From a virus (taxonomy: Duplodnaviria > Caudoviricetes): a stretch of DNA of 36,164 nucleotides. The position numbers and the translations under genes are program-made. The notes beneath the pieces are model-generated. The model did no database searches. It was not told the origin of the DNA and was given only the letters and a program-made list of their open reading frames with translations. The DNA lies in IMG/VR virus record IMGVR_UViG_3300033407_000072, positions 1 through 36,164 of that record; one strand, given 5' to 3'. This document shows positions 24,672 through 33,864 of this stretch, one piece after another. Position 1 is the stretch's first letter, and every line of letters begins with the position of its first letter.

Positions 24672-26645
24672 CTATCCCTCGACGATGGTGCAGTCACAGC
24701 CGGGGTGGACCGGCGGCGCGTACGTGTTCCGTTTGACTTCGATCTGCTCGTCGTCGTCGCCGCCGGTGAGGACGTCGCCTGCCGACACGAAGGTCTGTTC
24801 GATGCCGACGACTTTCCCGTCGAGCTTCGAGCAGTACGGGCAGCTGTCGCCCTGGGCTGACCAGCGGATCTTCTTGACTCCGGCCCGCAGCCACGTTTCC
24901 CGGGTCGCCGCGTTCGACATCTGCATCGACTCCCAGAAGGCGGCCTGTTCCGGGCGGACGGCGACCACCTCGTCGAGGTGGGCGAGGACGGCGTCGACGA
25001 GGTCCTCGGGGGATTCGGCGAGGTCGGTGGCGATCGCCAGGATCTGCCGGCGGGCCGACCCGATCCGGTACGCCGAATGTGCAGTCACGTAGGACTGCGC
25101 CCATTCGTCGAGGGCATCGGGTTCGTCGAGGGCGAGCTCGTCGGCAGCTTCGACCGAAATGTCAGTGGCGAGGGCGAGCAGTACGGGCAGCCAGCGGCTG
25201 ATGGTCTCTTCGAGGATGGTCCCTTCGAACAGGTCTTCGAGGTCGGCGGCGAACGACGACAGGCTGTTGCGGCGGCCGGACCGGAAATGCGCTTTCACCA
25301 GTTTGGTGACTTCCCGACGTTCGAGCTTGGCCAGCCGTTCGTCGACGTCTGCGAGTTTCGGCCGGTATGCCCGGGCGATGCGCCGGCGGGTCTCCGCCGA
25401 GCGGGACCGTCGTGCCGCGCGGGGCGGTTCGTTGTCGCCGGGGCTGGGTGCTTCCACCCAGTTGAGCGGCACCATGTACACCGAGCCTTTGCCGTCGGGA
25501 AGCGGATTCCGGTTCTCCAGCTCGCGGATGTCGTCCGCCGAGTACACGCCCATCTCCCGGCCGACCCGGTACCCCTCAAACCGGGTCTTCATGTCGCCGC
25601 GGAGAAGCCCCTCGACCACATGCTCGGCGAAGAAAGTGTCTCGTTCGAAGGCGGTGAACAGGCGCAGGCGGACGGCCGCCTCCCACGTGTTGAGCCAGAT
25701 GCGCAGGGTCTCGGACACGTATTCGATCTGGGAGTGTTCGATGTTGTTCCATGTGGCCCGGTCGAGTTCCTGCAGCTTGTGTGGGGGGAGACGCAGCCAG
25801 CGGGCCATCTCCACCACTGAGTTCTTGCGGGATTCGAGGAACTGGGCGTCGCCGGGTGGGATGCCGATCTGCTGCCAGGTGACCCCTTCTTCGAGGATGG
25901 CGATCCGCTGGGCGTTGTCCGGGCCCTTGTGGATCCTCTCCCAGGATTCCCGCATGTTCTTCTTGCCGGTGTCGGACACGACGCCGGGATGGGTGAGGAC
26001 TCCACCCGGGAGGGACCCGTTCCCGAAGAACCTGCCTCCGAACTCTTCGGCGGCGACGCCGGCGCCGATCGTCTTGCGGGCCATCTCCACCGCCGAATAG
26101 CCGGTGACCCCGTTGAATCCGAACCCGTAGACGTGGAGGATCTGGTCGGGGCGGAAGTCCTGGACGATCCCGTTCGTCGGATCCTCGTACCGGTAGACAA
26201 GCCGGCGGCGTTTGGGACCGACCCTCTTCACTTTCATCCTGTCGGGCCGCAACGGCCAGACGGCGACGATCTCGCCACGCCCGTCGGCGACGATCTCCCC
26301 GAACCCGCCGCCCCATGTGATGGCATGGCCGGTGAGGACCTCCCGGAACACGTGAGCCGGCATCATCGGGTTCGGTTCGTCGTTGAGGATCGTGTGGATC
26401 CGATGGTCCCGGGCCCGTTCCTTGCCCCGTGGGTCGAGGTGGCGGTAGACGGGAAACGGGAGGCTGCCGACGTCCTGGGAGATGTTGCGGATGCCGGCGA
26501 AGAACGGCCCGTAGTGGAGGGCGGTGTCTTCGGTGACGAACACTCCGGCCGGGGTGGCCGTGCCGCCTTTGAACCAGTCCACCACCCACTTCTCGGGGAT
26601 TGCCAGGCTGGATCGTTCCGCTGCTGCAGTTGCGAGCCGACCCAT
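24672..26645 (-). CDS. Portal protein (HK97 family) fused to MuF/gpF-like C-terminal domain
   Basis: EPNPMM, FFGNGSLPGGVL, DAQFLESRK, NNIEH, DIRELEN; C-terminal KIRWSA..DSCPYC..LDG...PPVHPGCDC. Confidence 0.93.
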   Translation of the reverse strand: MGRLATAAAERSSLAIPEKWVVDWFKGGTATPAGVFVTEDTALHYGPFFAGIRNISQDVGSLPFPVYRHLDPRGKERARDHRIHTILNDEPNPMMPAHVFREVLTGHAITWGGGFGEIVADGRGEIVAVWPLRPDRMKVKRVGPKRRRLVYRYEDPTNGIVQDFRPDQILHVYGFGFNGVTGYSAVEMARKTIGAGVAAEEFGGRFFGNGSLPGGVLTHPGVVSDTGKKNMRESWERIHKGPDNAQRIAILEEGVTWQQIGIPPGDAQFLESRKNSVVEMARWLRLPPHKLQELDRATWNNIEHSQIEYVSETLRIWLNTWEAAVRLRLFTAFERDTFFAEHVVEGLLRGDMKTRFEGYRVGREMGVYSADDIRELENRNPLPDGKGSVYMVPLNWVEAPSPGDNEPPRAARRSRSAETRRRIARAYRPKLADVDERLAKLERREVTKLVKAHFRSGRRNSLSSFAADLEDLFEGTILEETISRWLPVLLALATDISVEAADELALDEPDALDEWAQSYVTAHSAYRIGSARRQILAIATDLAESPEDLVDAVLAHLDEVVAVRPEQAAFWESMQMSNAATRETWLRAGVKKIRWSAQGDSCPYCSKLDGKVVGIEQTFVSAGDVLTGGDDDEQIEVKRNTYAPPVHPGCDCTIVEG

Positions 26646-26869
26646 CAGGACCTCCTGGCATTCGACGGGTCAGCCGGCCGGGGCCTCCTCGGGAAGATCA
26701 GCCGGCCGACGACTGCGGCGAGTGTCCCGCCGACGACGAGCAGGGCGATCCCGAGATCCCATGTCAGCCAGGCGCCCGCCCCGATGAGCACCACCGCGAC
26801 GAGGCCGGTGATGTCGAGCCAGTCGACATCATGTCGCGCGAGCGGACCCGGCTTGGTTGGTTCGGTCAC
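26645..26869 (-). CDS. Small 2-TM membrane protein between terminase and portal
   Basis: Hydrophobic GLVAVVLIGAGAWL..GIALLVVGGTL; GTGA and TGATG overlaps. Confidence 0.7.
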   Translation of the reverse strand: MTEPTKPGPLARHDVDWLDITGLVAVVLIGAGAWLTWDLGIALLVVGGTLAAVVGRLIFPRRPRPADPSNARRS

Positions 26870-28473
26870 AGCGACGAGAACCCGGTCGTCTCGTAGATGC
26901 TTTCGGTTGGGCCCGCTTCGGCGCCGGAGGCGATCGCATCCGACCGGCATTCCCAGGAGAGGGCGCCGGCCATGGCTGCGTCCATCTTGCGGGGGGACAT
27001 TGGGGCGTCCTTGGAGAGGGTGTACATGCGGCGCTTCTCCTCGTCGTACACGTTCCGGTAGTCCTTGCGGGCGTTCCGGATGTGAGCTTCGAACCGGGGG
27101 TCGTCGTCGTGGGTCTGGTCGCCGGCGTGGATCGCCTGGACATAATGGCGGACGGCGTAACAGACGGCGCGGTCGCGGTAGGTGAACCATTCGATGACGG
27201 TCTTCTCACCCCACCGGCCACGCCACCGGTCGACGAGCTTCTCGATGCGTTGCGGGTCGCAGTAGGCGCGCCACACGCTGTACCGGTCGAAGAGGGCCAT
27301 CATCGCCCGGTCGGCTTCTTCGAGGTCGTGCTCGTAGTCGTCTGGCGGGTTGGGTGGTGTCTCGAGGAGGCAGGCGACCCACTGGTGGCCGGTTTCGACT
27401 TCGGTGGCGATCATGGCCAGCGAGTCGTCCCAGCGGGCCCCGTCCACGCCGACCACGACGAGGGCGCCGTCGGGCGGTTCGTGACCGTCGAGGATGTTGG
27501 CTTTCCACTTGGCCATGTCGACCGGCGAGTCGGATCCGGATCCAATCCGGTTGAGGAAGTACTGCTCGGCCTGCGCCTGGTCCCGGTCCATCAGGGCGAT
27601 CACTTCGGATTCGATCCGGTCGATGTTGATCCAGCCGCCCGGCTGGTCGTCGCGGTGACCGTCGTAGCCCTTGCGGAGCATCCGTCGGCGTTCCCGCTTG
27701 TTGCGGATCGATCCGGGTCCGGCGTCGATCATCTTGCGGTACACGCCGGGCTCGTCGTTCTCCCATGTTTGTTGGGCGACCGAGTTGTGATGCTGATTCC
27801 AGGCGTTCGGGGTTTCGAGCCAGCGGCCGCCCATGCCGGCGATGTTGCGGCGCTGGTTGTCGGCGAGGGTCCTCCCGTGGTTCCGTTCTGTCCACGATTC
27901 GGTCTGGTCCTGGACAGCGAACGTGATCCGCTGGCCGAGCCTCGATCGGTGGGCGGCAGTGACCGGTTTGATCTGGCCGCCGCCTCGCAGGTTGATGCGG
28001 GTCTCCCCCGTGTCGGGGATGTCGGCTCGCAGGTCACCGAGTTCGATCATGGGTACCAGCGCCGCCCACACGTTCTCGGTCTGGTCGTGTGAGACGGCGG
28101 TGATCTGGATGCGGGGTGTCGCCCACGGTTTGCCGACGGGTTCGCCGTCGGCGTCCCAGCCGGCCGGCAGGACGGGCCCGTCGGCTTCGGCGATCGCTAT
28201 CGCGGCGGAGAACGGGCCCTTCCCCCATTTCTGTGGGGCGACGAGAGTGCCGCCACGATCCCACCTGAACCTGCAGGTCACAGGGTCGAGGCGGTAGTAC
28301 CAGAGGAGGTAGTCGAGCTGCGGGTCGGTCAGCCGAAACGGTTCGCCGGCGACAGCCCGGTCGGGGATGACAACCGAGTCCTCGATGTACTCGGCGACGA
28401 GATAGCCCAACGTCGGGAACTCACCTGGGTATTCGGGACCGCGCCAGCCTCCCTTACGTTTGCGCTGCGCCAC
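26866..28473 (-). CDS. terL: Terminase large subunit
   Basis: Walker A PQKWGKGP, ITAVSHDQT, TPNAW, nuclease GVDGARWDD, KMDAAMA. Confidence 0.95.
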   Translation of the reverse strand: MAQRKRKGGWRGPEYPGEFPTLGYLVAEYIEDSVVIPDRAVAGEPFRLTDPQLDYLLWYYRLDPVTCRFRWDRGGTLVAPQKWGKGPFSAAIAIAEADGPVLPAGWDADGEPVGKPWATPRIQITAVSHDQTENVWAALVPMIELGDLRADIPDTGETRINLRGGGQIKPVTAAHRSRLGQRITFAVQDQTESWTERNHGRTLADNQRRNIAGMGGRWLETPNAWNQHHNSVAQQTWENDEPGVYRKMIDAGPGSIRNKRERRRMLRKGYDGHRDDQPGGWINIDRIESEVIALMDRDQAQAEQYFLNRIGSGSDSPVDMAKWKANILDGHEPPDGALVVVGVDGARWDDSLAMIATEVETGHQWVACLLETPPNPPDDYEHDLEEADRAMMALFDRYSVWRAYCDPQRIEKLVDRWRGRWGEKTVIEWFTYRDRAVCYAVRHYVQAIHAGDQTHDDDPRFEAHIRNARKDYRNVYDEEKRRMYTLSKDAPMSPRKMDAAMAGALSWECRSDAIASGAEAGPTESIYETTGFSSL

Positions 28474-28954
28474 CAGGATCCACAGCTCGCCGGCGGCGGA
28501 CCCGCTCCTCGCGCCGCTTCGCCAGCTCGTCGGCTTCCGCCGCGACAGTGCTGGCAGCGTGGTCCGGGTCCGGGAGCAGCCATCGGAGATCGCGGCGGCC
28601 CTTCTCGGAGATGCCGAGGCCGTCCTCGAGGTGACGCTGTTCGGTGAGCAGCGACGACAGCCCCTTGGTGACGCCGTCCTTCGTCATCCGGTTGACGAGC
28701 TCGCCGACCACCAGCAGCCGGAGCAGCTTGGACCATTCGGCTTGTGTCCACATGTGGGCCATCGGCGACGACCACCATGACACCCACGCCTGCTTCGAGG
28801 ATGCCGACAGGGCCCCTCTGATCGGTGCGCCACGCAGGTCGGGACGGGGCCCCTTGTACGGGTCGGAGGGGAGTGTCGTCCACTCGCCCCGCTGGGGTGT
28901 GGTCCGGTTGACCCGCTCGTCTTTCTGCTTGGGGGCAGGACCGTGACCGGCCAT
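28454..28954 (-). CDS. terS: Terminase small subunit
   Basis: MAGHGPAPK start, WVSWWSSPMAHMW, LEDGLGISEKGRRDLRW; GGAGG RBS. Confidence 0.88.
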   Translation of the reverse strand: MAGHGPAPKQKDERVNRTTPQRGEWTTLPSDPYKGPRPDLRGAPIRGALSASSKQAWVSWWSSPMAHMWTQAEWSKLLRLLVVGELVNRMTKDGVTKGLSSLLTEQRHLEDGLGISEKGRRDLRWLLPDPDHAASTVAAEADELAKRREERVRRRRAVDPGGAAQT

Positions 28955-29028
28955 CCGTGACCTCCGATCGATGTGAGGAGTCTGGGGAACTGGCAGAAAC
29001 CTCCAGACTTGTACAGGGGAGGAGAAGC

Positions 29029-29427
29029 TCACCTTCGCCGTTCCTCGCGGCCCCCTGGGAAGTTTCCGACCGCCCCTCCCCCGTGTCGCCGAGCCCGGGC
29101 GGCCTCGGCGGTCTTCCGGTTGTGGCAGGGCAGGCACAGGGTCTGAAGGTTCGCCGGGTCGAGCCGGGCGCCACCGTCCTCGAGCTCGACGATGTGGTCG
29201 ACGTGGTTCGGGCTGCGGGTGGTGCCAGGGCTGCCGCAGCGGACACAGAGGGGGTGGCGGTGAAGATGCCAAATGCGCAGACGATCCCAGGCCCGGTCGT
29301 AGCCCTGCGCTCGGGCACTCGGCCTCTTCGCCTCACCCGTCCGGTTCCGGACCAGGTGATGGTCAGGACAGGGACGAAGGTGGGGGCATCCCGGCTCGGG
29401 GCATGGGCCGGGGGGCCGGCGGCCCAT
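29029..29427 (-). CDS. HNH endonuclease (packaging-associated)
   Basis: QGYDRAW, HPLCVRC, VDHIV, GG, NLQTLCLPCHNRKT; directly upstream of terS. Confidence 0.93.
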   Translation of the reverse strand: MGRRPPGPCPEPGCPHLRPCPDHHLVRNRTGEAKRPSARAQGYDRAWDRLRIWHLHRHPLCVRCGSPGTTRSPNHVDHIVELEDGGARLDPANLQTLCLPCHNRKTAEAARARRHGGGAVGNFPGGREERRR

Positions 29428-29738
29428 CAGACGACGTGGTCAGCTCGGGACAGCTGGTTGCGGTAGTGACGGATACGGGCCCGGGTCCTGTCGCTCTCGG
29501 GCAGCGTGTAATCGATCACATAGTCGGCCATGCCGTACACGCGCAGTGGGTCGGGCTCGCCCCTCAGAGCCGCGGCGACACGGTCCCGAACCCCGGACGC
29601 GTCATCGCCGAACTCGTCCAGTCCAGTCGCCGGCGAGTGAACCAGTCCGACGATGTCCGCAATGAGATGCAGCGCCTCGGGATAGACGTCGCAGGCTGCA
29701 TGCATTTGGAGAAGGGAGAGGAGCGGATCCGACGTCAT
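29427..29738 (-). CDS. Hypothetical protein
   Basis: 103 aa ORF with coupled overlaps. Confidence 0.65.
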   Translation of the reverse strand: MTSDPLLSLLQMHAACDVYPEALHLIADIVGLVHSPATGLDEFGDDASGVRDRVAAALRGEPDPLRVYGMADYVIDYTLPESDRTRARIRHYRNQLSRADHVV

Positions 29739-29914
29739 GCTGGGACAGCCGAGGCTGGTTGCGAGCAGAAGGACCCGTCGTCATGCTTCCAGTACCGGAT
29801 ATCGGGCGACCGGCTCCAAGTCTCGAACCCGTCAGCCGTGACGCCGGTCGGATGCGGCACACCGCCCACGTGGTCCGTCACCACAGCTCGCTCACCACAA
29901 ACTTGACAGGTCAT
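29735..29914 (-). CDS. Small Cys-containing protein
   Basis: CQVC...WKHDDGSFC; GGGGAG RBS. Confidence 0.6.
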   Translation of the reverse strand: MTCQVCGERAVVTDHVGGVPHPTGVTADGFETWSRSPDIRYWKHDDGSFCSQPASAVPA

Positions 29915-30027
29915 CAAAGGTCTCCCCTCTCAGGATGGAATCCAGCAGACGAGTTTCGCTGCGAAAGTCCCACTGGAACGAGAAACACGACGGGCCGCTG
30001 CGGGCGCACGTCGTGTGAATTACCGGC

Positions 30028-30056
30028 ACTCTGACAGCAATCGGTGAACGAGTCAA
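30028..30056 (-). promoter_or_regulatory. Candidate late promoter
   Basis: TTGACT, 17 nt, CAGAGT on the minus strand in the intergenic gap before the packaging module. Confidence 0.5.
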
Positions 30057-30067
30057 GGACCATCGGA

Positions 30068-30331
30068 TCAGAACCTATGTGTCCGGTCGCGGTCGACGAC
30101 TGTCACCGCGGTCCGTGCCAGACGGCGACCGCACACGTCGCAGCGGCCCGCATGGCTGCCGTTGGGGATGGTGGGGGGACCGACGATCCGATGACCCTGG
30201 TCGCAGACCCACAGGCCGAGCGCGAACGGGACACCCAGATCCGCATCTTCGATCCTCGACCGGTTGCACAGGCACGGGTAGGGGCGGTGATGCAGCGGAT
30301 AGGTGAGGGCGGTCGTGACCGTAGTGGTCAT
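30068..30331 (-). CDS. Cys-rich hypothetical protein
   Basis: ATGA overlap; CxC, CDQGH, CDVC. Confidence 0.55.
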   Translation of the reverse strand: MTTTVTTALTYPLHHRPYPCLCNRSRIEDADLGVPFALGLWVCDQGHRIVGPPTIPNGSHAGRCDVCGRRLARTAVTVVDRDRTHRF

Positions 30332-30822
30332 GCGGCGGGAGGAGGGCGACGGTCGAGTCCGCAGTTCGGACAGTACCGAAGGTCACGGACCGACAGGTCG
30401 AGTTCGTGTTTGCAGCGGCGGCATCCCTGCCGGCGGGAGTCGACTGGTGGGCCGTGGTGGAGCCAGGAGCGGATAGAGCGGGTCAGCTGGTGGAGGTGGT
30501 CTATCTGGTGGTTGAGGAGGTTGTGGGCGTGGACGGGGCGGACGTTCGGTGACGGACGTGTTTTCGAGCCCGAGACTCTGACCGTGTCGGTGCGGATCGC
30601 CTGATTCGCAGACGACTCGAGAGCGAGAGTGTCCAGAGCGTCGAGATAGTCGACGACCGCACTGTTCTGTGTGGGAGTGAGGTTCTCCTGCCATCCCAAC
30701 TTGCGGCGAAGACCCGACGCCTCGTCCCTCGCCGACTGCAGATCCTTCACCAGACGCTTGTTCTCCGACTCGGCTTTCACCGCGCGGATCTGCCACTCGT
30801 TCGCCGGACGTTTCTTCCCCAC
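30328..30822 (-). CDS. Coiled-coil protein with C-terminal Zn ribbon
   Basis: Heptad-like N-terminus; CRRC...CPNCG. Confidence 0.7.
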   Translation of the reverse strand: MGKKRPANEWQIRAVKAESENKRLVKDLQSARDEASGLRRKLGWQENLTPTQNSAVVDYLDALDTLALESSANQAIRTDTVRVSGSKTRPSPNVRPVHAHNLLNHQIDHLHQLTRSIRSWLHHGPPVDSRRQGCRRCKHELDLSVRDLRYCPNCGLDRRPPPAA

Positions 30823-31050
30823 TCAGGACTCCCGGCAGGTGCACGACGGGCAATGCCGACGCGACTCGGCCTCGGACCGACCCAGGCGGTGATCGGTGCG
30901 ATGTTCGGTCTGGTAGTCGTCCGGGTCGACGCTGTCGAGACCATGCGGCGAATAGCCATGGTCGGTCATCAGATGCGCGTACAGGTCGTGCGCGTCGCCG
31001 ACCGGGTGATGCTTCTTCGACCGGTGCTCGTCGACGTCGACGTCGATCAC
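30823..31050 (-). CDS. His-rich small protein
   Basis: GTG 31050 (GTGA overlap); HL..DH, EH..DH, CPSC. Confidence 0.6.
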   Translation of the reverse strand: MIDVDVDEHRSKKHHPVGDAHDLYAHLMTDHGYSPHGLDSVDPDDYQTEHRTDHRLGRSEAESRRHCPSCTCRES

Positions 31051-31307
31051 AGGGACCGACCTTCGTTGAGGAGTTCGGGGACGACGAAGACGGGCATCGT
31101 GCGGCCATGCCACGACATGAGAATGTGACGGTCACCGTCGATGATGCGCTCCAGGTCATCGTCGTCGAGACGGAGGACCACACCCACCATTGGGAGCATC
31201 CTGTCGCCGAACCCGGACATCAGCGACTGATAGACGATGCCCTCCGCCGGCGGAATAGCACCTAGCCACTTCCGCCACCAACGTGACAAGACAATATGCT
31301 CGGTCAT
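31047..31307 (-). CDS. Hypothetical protein
   Basis: 86 aa, coupled overlaps. Confidence 0.65.
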   Translation of the reverse strand: MTEHIVLSRWWRKWLGAIPPAEGIVYQSLMSGFGDRMLPMVGVVLRLDDDDLERIIDGDRHILMSWHGRTMPVFVVPELLNEGRSL

Positions 31308-31525
31308 CGCTTGGCCTTCACCAGACGCAGCCGGCGGCCGTCAGCCGGAACCGAAATCGCCTCCTGCAGAATCGTCGCCGCGGCGACCAACTCGTTCGCC
31401 AGCTCCGGGCGTGCCAACGATGCTTCCGACCGGGTGACAGTGAACAGGGCCGCCTCGACCAGGACCATCGCCTGCTCGCCGGTCAGATCAACGGTGACCG
31501 TTCCCGGTGTGACAGCATCAGTCAT
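31304..31525 (-). CDS. Hypothetical protein
   Basis: 73 aa, ATGA overlaps. Confidence 0.65.
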   Translation of the reverse strand: MTDAVTPGTVTVDLTGEQAMVLVEAALFTVTRSEASLARPELANELVAAATILQEAISVPADGRRLRLVKAKR

Positions 31526-31740
31526 GACGCTTCCCGTTGTTCACGGGCCCTAGTGATCGTCTCAGCGCACGCCAAACACACGTAGCGGCGACCCTCCGTC
31601 GACACCAGCACATCCACCTTCCGAGGACACGCCGAACATGGGCGGGGCATCATCGGTGATGCGGTCAGATCCGACAGTGAGATCAGGGTCGTGTCCACCC
31701 CCAGCTCGCGGAGCGCTTCGATCGTGGCACGGGCAGTCAT
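31522..31740 (-). CDS. Small Zn-finger-like protein
   Basis: CSAC...VCLAC. Confidence 0.65.
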   Translation of the reverse strand: MTARATIEALRELGVDTTLISLSDLTASPMMPRPCSACPRKVDVLVSTEGRRYVCLACAETITRAREQREAS

Positions 31741-31976
31741 CAGGTCCTCCGATGCGAACGGGAGTTCGGGCAGGTCACGAAATGGGACAGGTGAAGGTTC
31801 TCCCCCTGGGTGCGGGCCCGGGCTAGACGGTCACCCGCCAGCACCTGATATCGGTCGTTGTCGAGGAGGCGGATGTTCCCTTGAGGGACCGACTCGAGAT
31901 CGATCGGCATGGGCCGGTCGCTGACCATGTGACGGGCCCACAGGACCGGTGCCTGGCAGGTACGGCAGACGGTCAT
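31740..31976 (-). CDS. Conserved phage Zn-binding protein
   Basis: CRTCQAPVLW...MPID...GNI...SHFVTCP pattern. Confidence 0.8.
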   Translation of the reverse strand: MTVCRTCQAPVLWARHMVSDRPMPIDLESVPQGNIRLLDNDRYQVLAGDRLARARTQGENLHLSHFVTCPNSRSHRRT

Positions 31977-32794
31977 GCGACACACCGTTCTGTGATCCGA
32001 TGATCAGCGAGAGGACGGCCGCAGCCTCTGCAGGTGAGCTTTCCGGCCATCGACGGCGGCGGCGGGACTGGGACCGACCGGACGGCCGTTGGTGGTTGTG
32101 CGTTGGTGGGGATGGGGACACCGGGGGTGGTGAAGTCGACGTCGGATGGGGGCCGTTTCGGTTTCGGCGTGTACGGGCGGCCGGTCGGCCCGTGGATCCG
32201 GTCGGGGACCGGCCGGTACAACAGCTGGCGGAGGATCGCCAGATGGCCGACAGTGATCTCCGTCCGGTGCGGTTGCGCCACCTGCAGCGCCACAGCGTGG
32301 GGGCCGTGCACATGCCTGGCGATCGACGTTTTCGTCCATCCGCGGGCTATGAGCTCGTCAACGATCGAGCGGGCTTCGACGACAGGGACCTTCGCGCCGG
32401 CGGCCAGGTCCAGGTGGGTGGCCAACAGTTTGCGGGCGGTGTCACGACGCACCTGTTTCGATGGGCGTTGCCGGCCCTTCACCTTCTTGCCGTAGACGAG
32501 TTTCCACAGGACACCGGACGGGACACCGGACACGTCACGGATCCGTTTCAGGCCCATCCCCTCATCCATGAGGGATTTGACGTGGGCACGGACCGGGCGG
32601 GCATCGGTGTACGGGTGCGGTTTCACCCCTGCCAGCCACAACGACCGGGACCTCTCATAAGCGGCGTTCGACGCTGAACAGTCCGGACAGCGGCACCGGT
32701 CCAGCACGTAACAGGCGTGAGTCCCATGCATGTGATCAGCGACCTTGTGTTCGCATGTGTCGTTGGGGACGGTCGGCCGGTCGGTGACACTCAT
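31973..32794 (-). CDS. HTH DNA-binding protein with HGT..Y...CRC..C Zn motif
   Basis: HGTHACYVLDRCRCPDC, DARPVRAHV..L...GMG, two HTH-like repeats. Confidence 0.8.
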   Translation of the reverse strand: MSVTDRPTVPNDTCEHKVADHMHGTHACYVLDRCRCPDCSASNAAYERSRSLWLAGVKPHPYTDARPVRAHVKSLMDEGMGLKRIRDVSGVPSGVLWKLVYGKKVKGRQRPSKQVRRDTARKLLATHLDLAAGAKVPVVEARSIVDELIARGWTKTSIARHVHGPHAVALQVAQPHRTEITVGHLAILRQLLYRPVPDRIHGPTGRPYTPKPKRPPSDVDFTTPGVPIPTNAQPPTAVRSVPVPPPPSMAGKLTCRGCGRPLADHRITERCVA

Positions 32795-33240
32795 CGTGAC
32801 CATTCCTCGACGAGGGCGGCGACGAAGTCGGGGAGGTCCCGGCGGGCGACGATGAGCAGCTCGTCGGAGCCGTCAGGGACGGCGGCCATCACGAACGGGC
32901 GGAGATCACCTATCGCGCGGGCAGCATCCGACTGGTTACGGGCCTCCACATAGCGGGTGGCGATCGGCTGCACCTGCTTCCCGGATTTCGTTTCGACCCG
33001 CACCCGGGCCCGCCACGACTCCTCGTTGCCTTCCCGACTTCGGTACTTCTCCGGGTTGAGACGAAGCGCAGTGCGGGCCCGCCGCTGCCCCTGTCGTCCT
33101 TTTCTCGAGTTCCGGCTGTTGCGGCATGACCAGCAGTCACACTCCGAACGGGGCCGACCCGTGTCCGGGCAGAAACGCCGGGCCCGGGTGGTGGCCCGGG
33201 CCAGCTGCGCATCCTTCGACAGGTCCGGCACGTCGCTCAC
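32791..33240 (-). CDS. Putative PD-(D/E)XK Holliday junction resolvase-like nuclease
   Basis: NSRKGRQGQR N-terminal motif, VETK, QS, PFV, LLIV..DL.DF; location after replication genes. Confidence 0.55.
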   Translation of the reverse strand: MSDVPDLSKDAQLARATTRARRFCPDTGRPRSECDCWSCRNSRNSRKGRQGQRRARTALRLNPEKYRSREGNEESWRARVRVETKSGKQVQPIATRYVEARNQSDAARAIGDLRPFVMAAVPDGSDELLIVARRDLPDFVAALVEEWSR

Positions 33241-33467
33241 AGCAGCATCCCGTCGGCGAAATGGTCGGCGTGGATCCACACCCCGTCGAAGAAGGCGATC
33301 AGCGTGCCCTCCTCGATGGGACCGTCGCAGCGGAGACAGTCGCCGGCATGCCGGGCCCGCACCGTCCTCACAGCCGGTTCTTCGATGAGACGACGGCCGG
33401 CCGGGACACGAGGGCGGGCACACAGCGAACAGGTCCCCAGGGCCAGGTCGTGGATGCAGTCGCTCAC
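33237..33467 (-). CDS. Small Zn-binding protein
   Basis: CIHDL...CSLC; ARHAGDCLRCDGPIEEG...H. Confidence 0.7.
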   Translation of the reverse strand: MSDCIHDLALGTCSLCARPRVPAGRRLIEEPAVRTVRARHAGDCLRCDGPIEEGTLIAFFDGVWIHADHFADGMLL

Positions 33468-33640
33468 CTGACAGCCCTCCACATCGCCCGCCGTTTCCCA
33501 CGACGTGTCCACCACAGGCCGCCGATGCCGAGCACCCGGTCGAGCCGCAGCAGCGCCCGCCAATCGACGAACAGCCGATACGGGGCGGTCAGCCAGTCGC
33601 CGAACACCCAGCCGGTCACGTAACGGTCACGGACCCTCAC
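33464..33640 (-). CDS. Small Trp/Arg-rich hypothetical protein
   Basis: GTGA overlaps on both sides. Confidence 0.5.
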   Translation of the reverse strand: MRVRDRYVTGWVFGDWLTAPYRLFVDWRALLRLDRVLGIGGLWWTRRGKRRAMWRAVR

Positions 33641-33864
33641 AGTTCCACCGGCTGCCACGAATCCACGAACCGGGCTTCGATGTCATGCGGCCAACACGAC
33701 GAACCGGTACTGCGATGCCGGTTCTCCATCTCACAGAACCGGATGGCGTCGTCGAGGGTGCGGAACTCCCAGCAGTGACCCCGATGATCCGGACGGGCGC
33801 ATATCACCCGGTACTCGGTGTGGGCCGCCGGCGACGACCGGAACGTCACATCCGGTGCCGTCAT
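33637..33864 (-). CDS. Hypothetical protein (MTAPDVTFRS...)
   Basis: ATGA overlap; 75 aa. Confidence 0.6.
   Translation of the reverse strand: MTAPDVTFRSSPAAHTEYRVICARPDHRGHCWEFRTLDDAIRFCEMENRHRSTGSSCWPHDIEARFVDSWQPVEL

Noticed and set aside
19443-28092. Long plus-strand ORFs (e.g. 19443-20687, 23845-25092, 25929-27185, 26857-28092)
   Set aside because: Antisense shadows of well-supported structural genes, expected in high-GC DNA
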